A DNA stretch of 64,000 nt, taken from the NCBI RefSeq assembly GCF_006345805.1, contig NC_043015.1, positions 10,912,001 to 10,976,000 on the forward strand. The letters are read 5' to 3'. The notes under the pieces were generated by a model. It did not search any database, was not told where the DNA came from, and was given only the letters and a program-made list of their open reading frames with translations. Shown piece after piece: positions 24,001-36,900 of this stretch. The position numbers and the translations under genes are program-made. The DNA is from Octopus sinensis (Eukaryota). Every line of letters begins with the position of its first letter. The stretch's first letter is position 1.

Positions 24001-24339
24001 AGTGTGTGTGTGTGTGTGTATGTATGAATATTAGTATTAATTAAAACATATATATATATATATATATATATATAAAGAAAATGAGGGTTTAATTTCACTA
24101 GTGATCTGAAAGAATATGTACTCTGTATAAGTGCTATAATTATTCGTCCGTTAGGAGCCAAGTTCTCAGCTGAGGGTGGAACTAGGGATCCGTAGTAGAC
24201 TTCCGAGTTACCAGGTATATATTAGAGACAAAAAGAACAACAAAAACCAGGACAGGTCTAGTATCTCAAGCGATTTAGAATATTTAGTTAGAGCAAGGTG
24301 AATTTGAGGTAATTAATCAATTAGTTAATTAATAAATGG

Positions 24340-24418
24340 ACTCTTACAGCTGTTTCTAGATTATCTAAAGTCATAATTTTGCATCTCGATACACTGACTA
24401 TTCAGTCATTAGTGACGA
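24340..24418 (-). ncRNA. Degenerate hammerhead motif
   Basis: Minus strand: CTAATGA...ATCTA|GAAA|CAGCTG|TA^AGAG. Palindromic stem III is intact, the core has G5->A and stem I is not restorable. Confidence 0.4.
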
Positions 24419-24946
24419 GGTGAGTATGAATGAAAATTCTAGACAAAGAATTCACAGTTTATGAAGGAACAAAATAGTAGATACAAGAATAAATTGTAAG
24501 ACAGCAGATAGAAGAATACAGACAGGAGAATAAAGTTCACAGCTCATCTTTCAGAGGGTATGGAGTTTGGTGCGTACTTCCGTGAAGGTATAGATCTTTT
24601 AGTATAATCCCAGGTAAATTCAGACAGTATTTTGGCAGCATTTTGAATATTGCGTTCGTGTTGAAGGGATAGATCAAATGGTTAGTTACCATGAAAATGA
24701 TCCACGCGGGAATATAAAGTGAGAAAGACAAATATCATGATAGATATATAGGTTATGAGTGAGCGAATAGAAGGGAGAGGAGAAAGAGGGTAAAGAAAGG
24801 AATGGAATAGGAGCAGCAAGAAAGAATGAATTAGGGACAAAGTAATATAAAATCAAAATAATAAATGAAAAACAAAGTCAAAGATAACATTGCAGAATTA
24901 TTCTTCGTTCGGGTCGGTTTTGGGTGAGAGGACGGGCGTTACGATT

Positions 24947-25026
24947 TTGTCTCTGATGACGGAATACCTAGTGTATGGAGATGCCAACCTATCACTTGGG
25001 ATATCCCAGAAGCAACTGTAATAAAT
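24947..25026 (+). ncRNA. Degenerate hammerhead motif
   Basis: CTGATGA(24953-59)...TATCCCA|GAAG|CAACTG|TA. Homologous to the 24340-24418 copy; GAAA->GAAG. Confidence 0.4.
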
Positions 25027-27129
25027 AAGCAACTGTCAATAATTAATTAATTAACTATTTAATTAATTATCTCAAATTCACCTTATTCTAATTAAATATT
25101 GTAAATCACTTGAGATTCTCGTCTTACCTTGGTTTTTGTACTTTTTCTCTAATATATATATATATATATATGGACATATGGAAGCTTGTGTGTGAATGGG
25201 CGTGTGTGGGTGGGTGTATTTTCGCTTTGTGCGTATGCATGTGCGCATACATGCATCCCTTTCACAAAAATTATCTTCAACAATTGTTTGATGATACCCA
25301 GAAATTATGTTCACTTATATCAACTTGAAATATACTTGCTTAAAATAACAAATATCATTTGCAACCCTATTCCTTTTCTTAAGGTGAAGCTGGTTTGCCC
25401 GATATAATATTCCCGCAAGAACGAGCACATAGATTTTATGGCCGGCCCAGCCGGTGATTGTTTTCTTTACCTTGAAGTACGCCTTTTATTCAAAGCAGAA
25501 TTCTGAATCGTAGGAAAATTTATGTCAAATCTCACATTTGGGTGGCACATTTTCCTTCTGTTTGAAATTAGTCATGGAGCATCTGTTGAAGAGACATAGA
25601 TGAGAATCCGTTATACATTGCAAATCTATTTCAAGCATATTAATACATAAGAGAACTTGAAAAGATTTCTAGACAGCTGCGTCCTTACTTAAAATGAAAG
25701 TTGAGAGAACTTAAATGAATTTGAATTCCAAATGCTCAATGGAATCAACAATAGCATTCAATTGTCAATGAAATACAAACAAAAGCATCTAACACTTTTA
25801 GAAAGCTTAGTAATTAATGTTCACATTCAAATTGGGAGAGACATATATTGCATATCAAGAGAATCGAAGCAATATCAGCATTTCGTGTTACGCAAATCAC
25901 ATTAAATCAATTATTCATTTTAATTTAGCCAAAAAATATGCATGATGTTATTCGATATAAATTACTTTCAATTTACGATTAGAATATCTTTGAAATATTC
26001 ATCTAAACTTATTACACTCTTTCCTTATAGATGATGGGACATAAATACGTAAGAATTTTTTCTCTTATCCAGGTTCAAAGAAAAGCCAAACAAAACAATA
26101 CACCTTCATTGAATATTACTCTTACAAGTACAATTATAAACATTTAAATCCAATAAGCTAGTTAAATGTGTGTAGATGATAAATTATGCCCATGGTCAAG
26201 AGAAAAGAAAACAAATGAAATTTTATGCGATCGAAATGTGAAATGTGTCACTCATTCTCCGAAGTTTCAGAATTTCACATTTTTGCCGAAAGCCGCAATA
26301 GAAGCAGTGAGCATGTCTAATTCAAACGGTAAGGAATCCACGACACAATCTATTAAATTGTCTGATATACATATTGACCAATTAATATTATAAATTCCGT
26401 GGCGTATTGCTAAGCATGTACCACAAAATTCCATCATCCAGCTTTTTCTTGCACATATGCTAAGTGCTGCCTGTTGCTTTCATATCCAGTGAGGTGTACA
26501 GTATAATTTTGAGAAACAGATTTCGCATTAGCACACACTCGAAGGGAGAGAAAAATTTAAAAGCTTACAGATAAAAGTCATAACAGTTATTTGCCACTAA
26601 TTCATTCCTGTATGATTTGGTATCCCTATCTCTATGTGGAAGAATAACCGAAGTAAAGCGAAGCATACACAGCACAAGAAAACATCAAACAAGCTAATTG
26701 TTCCAACGAATATTGAACACGAATTTCACCTCTAATGGTTTACCACTTCTGGTTTAAACGCATGAAGAAAACAATAGTAAACTTGTGCAACCTGGCAGGA
26801 AGGAGCCTATGCATCATTAATAATGTCAGCATAGGAGTGATGCATATACATATTTCTCTCAAGTACTTCTAGAATAAAACTTGTATAACATTAATATCTG
26901 ACTAATCGTATTGATTATCATTGCTACATAAATATTTTTCGTAGATGGAGTCTTCATGCTTTCATTATTACTAATAATAAAACCAGCTGAAATTTGAAAT
27001 GGAATAGTAAATATATGCAGACCTCCTAGGCTGGCGTGAAAACTATCCAAATATTTTCAGTACAAAAGGACAAAGACCAGCTATGGTGAAACTCAGGCTC
27101 CAGATTCATCTTGAATTGAAATTCTAGGA

Positions 27130-27700
27130 GGCGAGAAGAGGAATAATTCAATTCAGGATAAAAAATTGTGATGGCCTGTTGAAAGAAATATTAAATGAGG
27201 TGTCCCGATGAACATTAAGTGCGGTAGAAGATGGCACGCAGGTGTTTGTCACAGCACTCTTGGTTCAAGTAACAGGTTAGCTTGGAATAAAGGGTCGCCA
27301 TCGAATTACGACAATGAAATGCATATCGGTGGCAGATGAGAATACCTCAATATTGTTACTGGCGAAAAGGCATAACAGATCGATCTGAAAGGGATAAAGT
27401 AAGTCACTAAATGTTGGAGGAAGGAAGTGCAGTCTGAAAATTCCATGTGGTTGTTAGTGTGGCTGAGCAATAAGCACACTGAAAAGGTTTGAGTGCAATC
27501 TCCACTGATGGTGGCATTAAAACAACAGCAGGAAGACCCAAGGAGCCACTATCTAGTCTTGCTCCATTAGACAGAGAGGAACTACCTGTCCGAAAGAATT
27601 GTTTCACAGGATTCCTTCCTCTGAAGATTTTCTCTGCTGCCTGCTCGTCTCTTAGCGAGGTTCTGCTCACTGATGCAAACACTAACACATATAAAGTACA
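27130..27700. other. Relatively GC-rich, non-repetitive-looking segment with stop-poor frames on both strands (candidate exon or pseudogene fragment)
   Basis: ORFs 27407-27688(-) and 27489-27710(+), plus a third frame SEQNLAKRRAGSRENLQRKESCETILSD ending at CAG|gtagt. No family recognised. Confidence 0.25.
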
Positions 27701-28624
27701 AAAATCTTAGGTTTCAATATATCATTGATCAGTTCATAAGTAGGTCTTGGTCTCTGAAAACGTAGTATATATTTATTCATTGTAGGAAAATTACTTCAAT
27801 AATAGAAGAATTGTTGTATGAAATTGTGTTCCAGGTCTATATTTCACAACAATGTTCGAACAGCAAGGATTATCATGAGGCTTAAATTATCGCTTGAAGC
27901 TGTAATTGTTAAATAACTCTGTAGCCATATATTTCCTTTTGTAGTTATACATTTTCTTTTAAATTGTAGATTCCTGCATTAATTTTGAACTTTACTAGAA
28001 TGTTCGTTATAAAGCATTTCATAAGTTATGTACTGATTTTACAGCGCTTCATTATTTCATTTGAAAGGAAGATGATTGCTAAAACTACTTCGAGAAAGAA
28101 CCAATATAATTATTATTTCGGGTATTGCTTAATATTCTATTTTTACAGTTTAGTCCAGAAATATCTGGTTCAATTACTGACACTGCACTGTATATTATTC
28201 ATAAAAAGCTCTTCTGAAAAAAATTAAATATTGCTTGTTTCATACACACGATGCAATACCGTCGCAGATAAAACATAAATTAAGAAATTAGTATTAGTTT
28301 GGAGTTATATGCTCGATTCAGAAAGAAAGAGTAGTTGCAGCACTGATTTTTAAACAGTAAGATTTCTATTCACGTAGATATAAATATGAGGTCCATTTGT
28401 ATAAGATTTTAGGAGTCTCGTGCTAGATGTCACCAGATTTCTTGAGATTCGTAGATGGATGTTGACGGAAGGAGTTTAACAAATGGGCTACTAGATGCTC
28501 GAACGTCCTGCCAGAAATAAAGTTTACTATTAAAAAAATAAATGAAGGTTCAGTTATGTAGCCGTAGATACACTATACCAAGAAAGAGCTGCAATGATAA
28601 TAGTAAACAAACATTACGTTATAG

Positions 28625-28918
28625 GTCCCCTGAATAAGATTCGACATTGTTTGTTCCTTCTCGAGCCACGCCAGGCTCATAAAGGTCGGTTCCCCGGTTT
28701 TCGTGGCGCATAGATTCTCCACCTGGACGGGACGCCAGTCCATCGCAGGTGAGCTGCAAGATGCAGGAGGAAAGAGTGAGAGAAAGTTGTGGCGAAAGAG
28801 TCAGCAGATATTCGCCATTACTTTCTGCAGGAGCCGCACATCTCCCGGGCTGGGATTCGAAGCCGTAATCCCTCGACCGCAATCCGCATTTATAACCACC
28901 AAGCCATGTGCCTCCACA
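28625..28918 (-). mobile_element. tRNA-derived SINE family 3 variant
   Basis: Minus-strand head tgtggaggcacatggcttggtggtta...ggcttcgaatcccagcccggg (A and B boxes). The body is related to 22575-22915. Confidence 0.8.
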
Positions 28919-29327
28919 TGATTTGATGTAGAAGTGTATAAAGAAAACGATGTAGTAGCTTTGCTCAATAAAGATAAATCCTCTGATAAATGGCATACTT
29001 ATATACCTACACTCTCAATCTCTTTGCCCTTCTCTCTATTATTCAATTATCATCATAATTACTTCAGCGAAAATATGACAAACTGCTATCTTTAAAATAC
29101 CTTTAAATACCTTTTTATATTTGCTTACTGTTAACAAGGATGAAGTAATTTTCAGTCATTGTTTCTTACGAGATAAAATTGATGCAAATTCTTATTCAAT
29201 TAAAATGCTGTCGAGTTGAAGAATTTGTATAAATGGGATTTATACAAATGGTAATAGAAACAAGCTATAAATATTTATATTTAACTCTTGCGTGAGACCA
29301 TATTCTATATGATATTCATAAACCCTT

Positions 29328-29505
29328 AAGGCAGAATCGTTAGCGCTTTTCCCTCCGTATTTATATTTTGAGTTCAAATTCCACTGATGTATACTTTGTC
29401 ATTAGGGGTCGATAAACGAAGTAGCAATTGAGCACTGGGTTCAGGTAAATGAAATATCCCCCTCCAACGAATTTGCCGGCAATGTGCCAGAATTTGAAAA
29501 CATTA
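29328..29505 (+). mobile_element. SINE family 2, diverged
   Basis: ggcagaatcgttagc...gagttcaaattcc...ggggtcgataaa...gcactggg. Confidence 0.65.
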
Positions 29506-30529
29506 CCTTCATTAAACCATTCAAAATACAACGTTACATATTGCAATAGTCTGTACAATTAGAACATTATAATTGTTTAAACAAAACACAGTGTACTTTA
29601 CAATAGAAATACGAAATGTGAAAGTGTTGTACATTAGCATATATCACCTTTCAAATAAAATTGCCTATCTCTGCTGGTACAAATCTACTAAAGTATATAA
29701 TTTGGAAATAATTGTATACTTCACTCCTTAAACAGAGAATTAATGAGTGTCAAATCGGGTGCTGTCGTATACAAATTTACGTTGTATTCCTGTAGTCTAC
29801 ACAGAATTATAGTCGTCTAAGTCTTACTAATGATCAAAGCTGTTGAGGTCTAGTACAGGTTTGATAAATAATGACGAATTTACAACAAGACTAGTTCATA
29901 AATTCCGCCAATAAAACTGAAATAATCTCGTACATTTGACACATTACACTCGAGAATCCGGCTTCTACGAGACAGCGTGGCGATAAATTGTAATTAGAAT
30001 TTTAGATAATAAATAAAATCTACCGAATATGGTGTGCTTGGTAATTATGATGATCCACTTACTCATTAAAAATTTCTATATGAACTTCTGCAAAACAACA
30101 TTAAAGAATTTTGATTAATATATATTTTTCTGGCAATAATAATTAATGATAACCAGATACGTGAACGGGTTTTAAAAATAGGAATTATTAAATGTAATTT
30201 TGAGTCTAAAATTCATGATGTAAAGATATTTGTAATATCGAAACTAATTAAATTCTAAAAAACATATTAGAATATCTGATGGATTCCATACAAATGGCGA
30301 AAAGATAGACTGATATAACTTTGAAATATCTTGAATTTACAGAAAGAATATAAAGCATTGCTTTCTTGTCCAATCGATTCTAGTCTTATTTTGTTTTCTG
30401 TGATTTCTTTTCAAACTTAAGTTGACTGAATACTTAGTGAACATTAACTGCTGTGTATATAGCAACACATATAATCTTTCACTTCTCATATCCGCATAGT
30501 TATACCATTATTTCTGAGTGAAATAGAAG

Positions 30530-30960
30530 AGATAAGTGAAGCGCCTATGGTATCTACATGCCATCATACATTAATGAAATTGATGTTTACATTCTAACGT
30601 CTGTAGCTTGCTGTATACAAAACTAAATATTTGCAACCAAGGTGATTCCTCGTGCACAATACCTGTGGAAAAAGACTGGATGAAGTATTTATTATATGAT
30701 ATCAAATGTTACTAGACTCTCAGAGACGGGGATCAAGAATGGGTGCGCTGTATGGAGTTAACGTTTTAGGAGAATCATAGTTGATATATATCTGTCGAAA
30801 AACAGAGATTGTAAAAGAGAGCAGCGAGTTTGTGTTCTAATATTTGCTGCGTCTGTTGATTAAATACTTGCCAGTCATTCGAAAATATGTTTTCTAGCTT
30901 ACGGTCTAGCCTTATTGTTTTGTAACAGCATAATCAACAGAACTGAATAATGGGGAAGTA
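30530..30960 (+). mobile_element. RTE-clade LINE RT fragment
   Basis: 30530-30695 is clearly homologous to the reverse complement of about 33340-33500. Downstream translation gives RFRRIIV...LIFAASVD...FLAYGL, matching RTE LRRIIE...FxD...LxAYGxP. Confidence 0.55.
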
Positions 30961-32301
30961 CATGTTACCCCGAGCTGGGTTATGCGAGGCATGTGAAGTA
31001 AGTGCAGATCTCGATGTAACAGTTGTACCTCCTCACTCAAAAATATGAGGCCTTTTTGTAGTAGAAAGGATTATTTTTCCGTTAACACACGAAACAAATG
31101 CACGTAGGTAATGTAACATGAGCTTTTTTATATATAATACAGGATTAAAAATCTCGACGATATAATCTTTTCAGCTACTTCACTTTACTGTCCATCAGTT
31201 ATCGATTCGAGAGTATTATTTCGGTCAGTTGGTCATTAGAGTAACTGTCTGACGAATTAAAAACATCCGAATGAGGAAAAGGCGGCTTTGACGCCTGTCT
31301 CAGAGATTTTTTATCGACATACTCTGAATGTTTTGATACAAAGCAGAGCTTAACACCTTATATATTTGTGGAAATCAATGAAATACGCTGTCTCTAAATC
31401 GTTTTTCAAGAAATCCCTTACAAATCACCTCTATGATTTAGCAAACCTGGTATTCGTAATGCTTGCAGATATTCTTTAAAATGTTTTAAATGGACATATA
31501 TGTAAAACTTATTTTAATTTTATACTGAAGATCGAGTCGATCTGAACAAACTAGGGTTATAGAACAAGAATAAGAACCACTATAACAACATCAATATTTT
31601 GATAGCCACAATGTTTATTGACCCGATTTACATTCAATAAACAATTAGAAGACATTTTGTGTGGAGTCCGTGCGTGCGTGTGTGTGGTATACTGAAGCAA
31701 TAATTAGTAATTTCATAACTCCTACTTACCACCAGCGCAAAACTTATACAATTTCCTGAATCATAATAAATACAAATTAGTTAAGTAAATGTTATCAACG
31801 CTAGAGACTTTAATCATGAAAATTATCAAATTATATTATTTCTAGAAAATATATTTGTAATTACAGTAACTATATATCAGTTTGAAATTTAAATGAAAAT
31901 GTCAAGACTGATTAAGAGAAAAAAATGTAATTTATATTTAAATTCAATAAAGTGGCTAGCCCAGTGTTTTTATTCCAGGAAGAATTAATGAAAGCAATCA
32001 TTTGTAACAAGATATTTTGATAGCGCAGACCATCTAGGTTCTGTTTTTCTTAATAAGTTTGAGAAAGAGACACCCAATCATGAAGTTTGTACATTCCTAC
32101 GAGTATACTGTTAAGATCGATATTGCAGATCTTGGGATTTTGAAATTGAACTTTGTGTATGTCAGTGGCTGTTGAAGTAGAATGTTAATGAAAATCCAAT
32201 AAAGAACGAAGAAAAATATATGTGACTCCTTAATATCATACGCTGCCCTAAACAGTTTATGCACTCTTAAGGACACCGTCATACTATAATACGCCTCAGA
32301 T

Positions 32302-33505
32302 GTCATCATCATCATTGTTCGACCGTGATCTAGACAATGGAATTTACTATGCTACGCCAGACTTCTCGGTCCATCATGGCATTACGGAGGTCCTGTTGCT
32401 GGATGCCTGTATCCCTGGAGATTACATCAAGGTAGGAGAGTGTGCGCCCTCTGGTATTGCGAGTAGATGATTTCCAGAGGAGAAGAGTAGAAATTACCTC
32501 TTTTTCAGCTCTACAACAATGTCCAGCAAACTGGACTCTCTTACCTTTCACAAGAGATGACACAGGTCGTAGTTTCCCATATATTTGCATTTTAGTTGGA
32601 TGGCGCCTCCACGAGAGATTTTGAACTCTCATAAGGAGGCGAGTGTAGATTCCATCCAACCGCCTCTCAAGCTTCTTTGATAATGTCCAGGTTTCTGAGC
32701 CATATAGTAGGTGTACCTAAGCTTGGCTGAACACATTCTTCAACTGGATTGGTCATAGCCGATTACTTTCATATATAAAAGTAGAGAGCCTAAAAGACAG
32801 AAAAAAGACTGGTTTGGTACTTGGATCATCGATCCCTAACGATAATGTTGACTTTGGTGCAAATTGAATAATGAGCGTTGAAAGTTGGAATGATAGTCAC
32901 AAGCCATTCTATCCTCAAGACAATACCCATTTCTCCGCTTATGTTTTAATTCTACAAAGTGCAAAATCAATAGCCTTGTCGTAGATGGTATTGCTTTAAT
33001 CACATATCTGTTTGCTCATAGGCTAGACAACAATATCATCAAACGCAACGTGCACGATATAACGACCACAATCGTTACAGCCCAATAATCGAACACTCCT
33101 CTATAAATCTCAGTCTAATCCTCCACAATATTTCTGAAGTCCTATGACAAAATATTACATTGGCTGGTTCAGTAGCATCATACTGATACTCTTTGAACAT
33201 TAGGGTGCTAAATCTCAAACTGACATCTGAACAAACACTGAACAAAGAAGTATTGAAGGAGTTGAACAAAAATAATAATCGCGTCTACAATCAGTTAATT
33301 GCTTGTAATTCAAAGAGTTTTTAGTGTTCGGTCCACCAATAAATACTTCATCCTGTCTTTTTCCACAGGTATTGTGCACCAGAAATCACTTTCGTTGCCA
33401 ATATTTGGTTTTGCATACAGTAAGCTACAGACGTTCGAATGTAAACATATCAATTTCATTAATGTAAGATGGCATGTAAATACCATAGGCGCTTCTCTCA
33501 TCTCT
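32302..33505 (-). mobile_element. 5'-truncated RTE-clade LINE (RTE-X-like)
   Basis: LLYGSETWTLSKKLERRLDGIYTRLLMRVQNLSWRRHPT...RVQFAGHCCR...DREVWR. Upstream HVAFDDIVV (FADD). (GAT)n tail at the 3' end. Confidence 0.85.
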
Positions 33506-33559
33506 CATCACAATTATTATTATGAATAATTTCCTCACAATAATAATTGTGAGGATATA

Positions 33560-34420
33560 GTACTGGCATTGAAGACATGATAAGCTTCGTACAACTTAAA
33601 TGGGTAAGATACGGTGCACATATATTTAAAACCATAGGCAGATCTGCATTCCGAGTTACAAACTAGATTTCAACATATAGAATACTGGAAGAATGGGAGT
33701 TATGGTATGCCAACAAAGGCACATACTGATACAGTGCCACGAACACACTCAGAAGAATCGAGAATAATTTCATTGGTCAATGTGTACAAGCTGTAACAGT
33801 ACACCGACTACAAAACAGGAACAATTAGAAATTTGGAACAATCATATTTTCCTTTCTACTAGATCTGCGTGATGCCAGATATACGAGAAATTGCATATGC
33901 AATCTGCATGAGCACATTTGTATCCAATGCTGGAATAATAGCATGGATAATGACACCTGTGTATCAAGATCTTGAGGTTGATTTTTTCCATTTACATATG
34001 GTACACCTAGCCTTACACCACTTCATGTAGGTTGTATTTTGTAATATGGTACTTTCTGTTTGGAGTATCATGTGAATTCTTTGTTGAATATCATTAGAAA
34101 AATCTCTTGATTTGCTAGTTATTCAATGGGGTGACATTGTTGGTATACCATCGGATAGATTATAATGTTTTCATTTATTCTTCTCTACATTCTGAGTTCG
34201 AAACATGCGGACGCCATCTGTTCCTTTTACCCCCTTTACAACCAATGAATAAATTACCAAATCAGAAGAAGTGTCGATTCGATTCATCTTCTGAAGAAAG
34301 GTTCTTTGTAGAAAAGTAACAACTGCGGTCAGACATAGGGGAGAGATGAGATCTACAAAGCTTAAATGCCCAGGTCACAGTGATCACCACTGCCGACCTA
34401 TTGTAGGATCAGATGTTCAT
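33560..34420 (+). mobile_element. Degenerate RTE-clade LINE RT fragment, back-to-back with the previous element
   Basis: Plus-strand frames: GRSAFRVTN*ISTYRILEEW; HIEYWKNGSYGMPTK (LWxxLxxYGxPxK); KTG...; AGIIAWIMTPVYQDLEVD (GIxW....LxDLxxADD). Confidence 0.55.
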
Positions 34421-34639
34421 TTTTCAAGACACTGCAATGGTATGACTGAAATGCTGTCAATTTATTTAATAGATGTATATCGAAAAAGTCCTCTATGATT
34501 GCTCGGTATGTTGATGCAACAATATGTGCAATATTATGATTCGCTTTGCACGAGCAATTTTTATAGCATTAGTATCAATTTAAATTTAAAACACCTTTTA
34601 GTAAAGAAAACCTTCAATATTCCTGAGGGAGGTTTGCAA

Positions 34640-35450
34640 TCCTAAATATGTGAGGTTTCCAGGAATTTCTTACGATGTAAGACAGCCATCATTTACAGCG
34701 ACGTTGAATTTCGTACGTTACGCATATACATGCGGTGCTAAGCGCATGACATTCGAAGCGGTTGTTACTGTGTGTTTGAAGGAAACCATTGTAGGTTATT
34801 TAAGCACAGTTATCTATCATATTCAGGCCCCGTATGTTTCTTTAAACATACCAGCTTTCGACACATATACGCAACATGGTCACCGACATATATCAACTGC
34901 ATCTGATGGCAAAAATATATAAACCTAATGTTTTACTATACTTACGTTTAGTGGTTTGTTGTTGATGATCTTTTCAACGACCCTTCTTTCTTTTTTTCAC
35001 ATAGTTGTGTGTCATTGTTATTTGACATTATAACAAAATCAAATTCATACTGAATTCTTCTAGCTATAAATTCGTTCTTTTAACATCTAGCATTCCTTAT
35101 GTTTTCCTGCCATTTTGTCATCTTTTGTTATTTGACAGTTTCATCTGCTGTACAGCATTTGAAAAACGTTGATTACAAACTTATCTGTGGTATGTTTGTG
35201 TCTTGTATATACACCACGATTTGCACTTTACAATTTCTGTCGGTTGGTGATAGAGCAAAACATATGCCTTTAGTATGAGACTTTTTGATACCGTTAATTT
35301 GACATCACAAACCTGGAATCTCTTTGCACCGTGAGCGTTAAATGTTCATACTAGTTGACAACAAGTTTGTAACCGCATCCAAATTACTCAATTACTAAAC
35401 GTAATTTAGATTTATGTTTCACCTTGTATACAGTTGAGATAGGAGAAGCA
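34640..35450 (-). mobile_element. Possible piggyBac transposase relic
   Basis: Minus-strand order VMSN*RYQKV (MSxxRF), KGR, NNKP (PxKP), GLYIFA..SDA (GxKxxxxxD), VMRLA...NDGCLTS (VxxL...DNxFTS). No TTAA or TIR ends identified. Confidence 0.4.
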
Positions 35451-35869
35451 TTGAAGAAACACGAAAAACAAAAATTCTCATAATGGATTTCTATACATGT
35501 CTAAAGAAGTAGAACTAACTGTGAATGTAAATGTTAGTGCTCGGAGCGGGAAATTTGGAGACGGAGCTTAAAGGAGAGCGTCTGAGAAAGTGAGAACGAG
35601 AGAGATAAATATTACGGTATATGAAATGACACGTCTCACTTTCACACTCAATTTGTTAATGTGTTTGTGTTTTGGATATGTGAATACGAAACAGTTTTGT
35701 GGCAATCGGGCCACCAGGCCATTTAATATATTTTAAACTTTCCTTTTCCTAATTCTCTCTTTCTTTCTCTCCCTCTCCCTCTCTCTCTCTCTTTATATAT
35801 ATATATACTAATATATATATATATACTAATATATATATATATGCGTGTGTGTGTGTGGGGGGGGTGCGT

Positions 35870-35972
35870 ATATGTGTGTATCTTTGTGTCTGTGTTTGTC
35901 CCCAAATCATAGCTTGAAGACAGATGTTAGTATGTTTTACGCCGTAATTCAAATGACTGAAACAAGTAAAAG

Positions 35973-35974
<2 letters not shown>
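35870..35974 (+). mobile_element. SINE family 1, internally deleted 3' remnant
   Basis: tgtgtttgtcccc...gcttga..ga.gttagtatgttt followed directly by aaatgactgaaacaagtaaaag. Confidence 0.6.
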
Positions 35975-36003
<29 letters not shown>

Positions 36004-36414
36004 GTGTGTGTGTGTGTGCGTGCGTGCGTGCGTGTTTGTGTGTGTTTGTGTGTGTATGTGTGCGTATATTTAATTGGAGAAGGTGAGAGATGTTTTACTC
36101 ATCGAAATTCACTCATAAATAGTAATGTATCCCTTCCTGTCGTTCTCTCTACCTATATGTGCATATTTTTGCACGCGTGTATGCTTGCCTCCAGTGCCAA
36201 ACTGGACAACACTAAAAGAGTTCGTTACTAAAACAGGTTGAATAACCAGTCTGCCAGTTCCCTAGCCTTCTAACAACCGCAGACAATTATCTCATTTTCA
36301 TTTGCCTCACGCTTGTTGTTATATTGATGCTTAGCAAGAAATCAGAATAAGCGTTTTAGTCTTTATTTCTCGTAATTTTCCATTTGTGTCAGGCCATACT
36401 CACTCTGTGCGGTA

Positions 36415-36900
36415 TAAGTCATCATCATCCTAGTCAGGTGTCACGCTATGTGATGATGTGGTCATCAAGATGTCTTGCTACTTTCTCCTGTCCTCTACCC
36501 CATGGACAGCTGAGCATAAAGACATTCCTGTGGCTGCGATATCTTTCAGCCTAGAAGTGGGTGGTCTGCCTCTTTTACGTCTGCCATTCACCTTGCCAGG
36601 TATGATCGTTCGCTCAAATCCATCCCGGCGCATGACCTGGCCAAAAAACCGTAACTTCCGCTTCGTGATGTTTCGCCGAAGCGTTATCTCGTAACCGAGC
36701 TTTTCTAGTACCCAGATTTTCATCCTTCTCTGCGCCCATAACACTCCAAGGATTCTGCGCAAACGCCACATTTCAAAACTGCTCTCTCTTTTCTCATCTG
36801 CCTTCAACATTGTCCACGACTCGCAGTCTTACGTCGCAATAGAGAAAGTGGCAGCGCGAGGTAGCCTTATCTTCAGCAGCATTGACACGCGGTATAGGTA
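36415..36900 (-). mobile_element. RTE-BovB-like LINE 3' fragment
   Basis: ORF 36478-36810: FEMWRLRRILGVLWAQRR...KLRFFGQVMRRDGFERTIIPGKVNGRRKRGRP. (GAT)n tail at about 36418-36428. Confidence 0.85.

Larger units (their letters stand above)
24150..25135. mobile_element. Old PLE derivative with inverted pseudo-LTRs and an RT remnant (family E)
   Basis: About 24250-24420 and 24945-25125 are diverged inverted copies, each with an HHR-like core. The minus-strand interior gives LYLHGSTH, resembling the PLE YLxxxSxH motif. (TA)n on both sides. Confidence 0.6.

Noticed and set aside
27407-27688. C2H2 zinc-finger gene (KPFQCAYC)
   Set aside because: No histidine pair follows in frame and there are no tandem fingers; kept only as an unassigned candidate island.
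33560-34330. Minus-strand translation resembling a 7TM GPCR or a Cys-loop/chemotactile receptor pseudogene (IIHAIIP, FLIVPVL, DSSECV)
   Set aside because: The plus strand of the same bases gives RTE RT motifs in the correct order, so the receptor likeness is an antisense-frame coincidence in AT-rich DNA.
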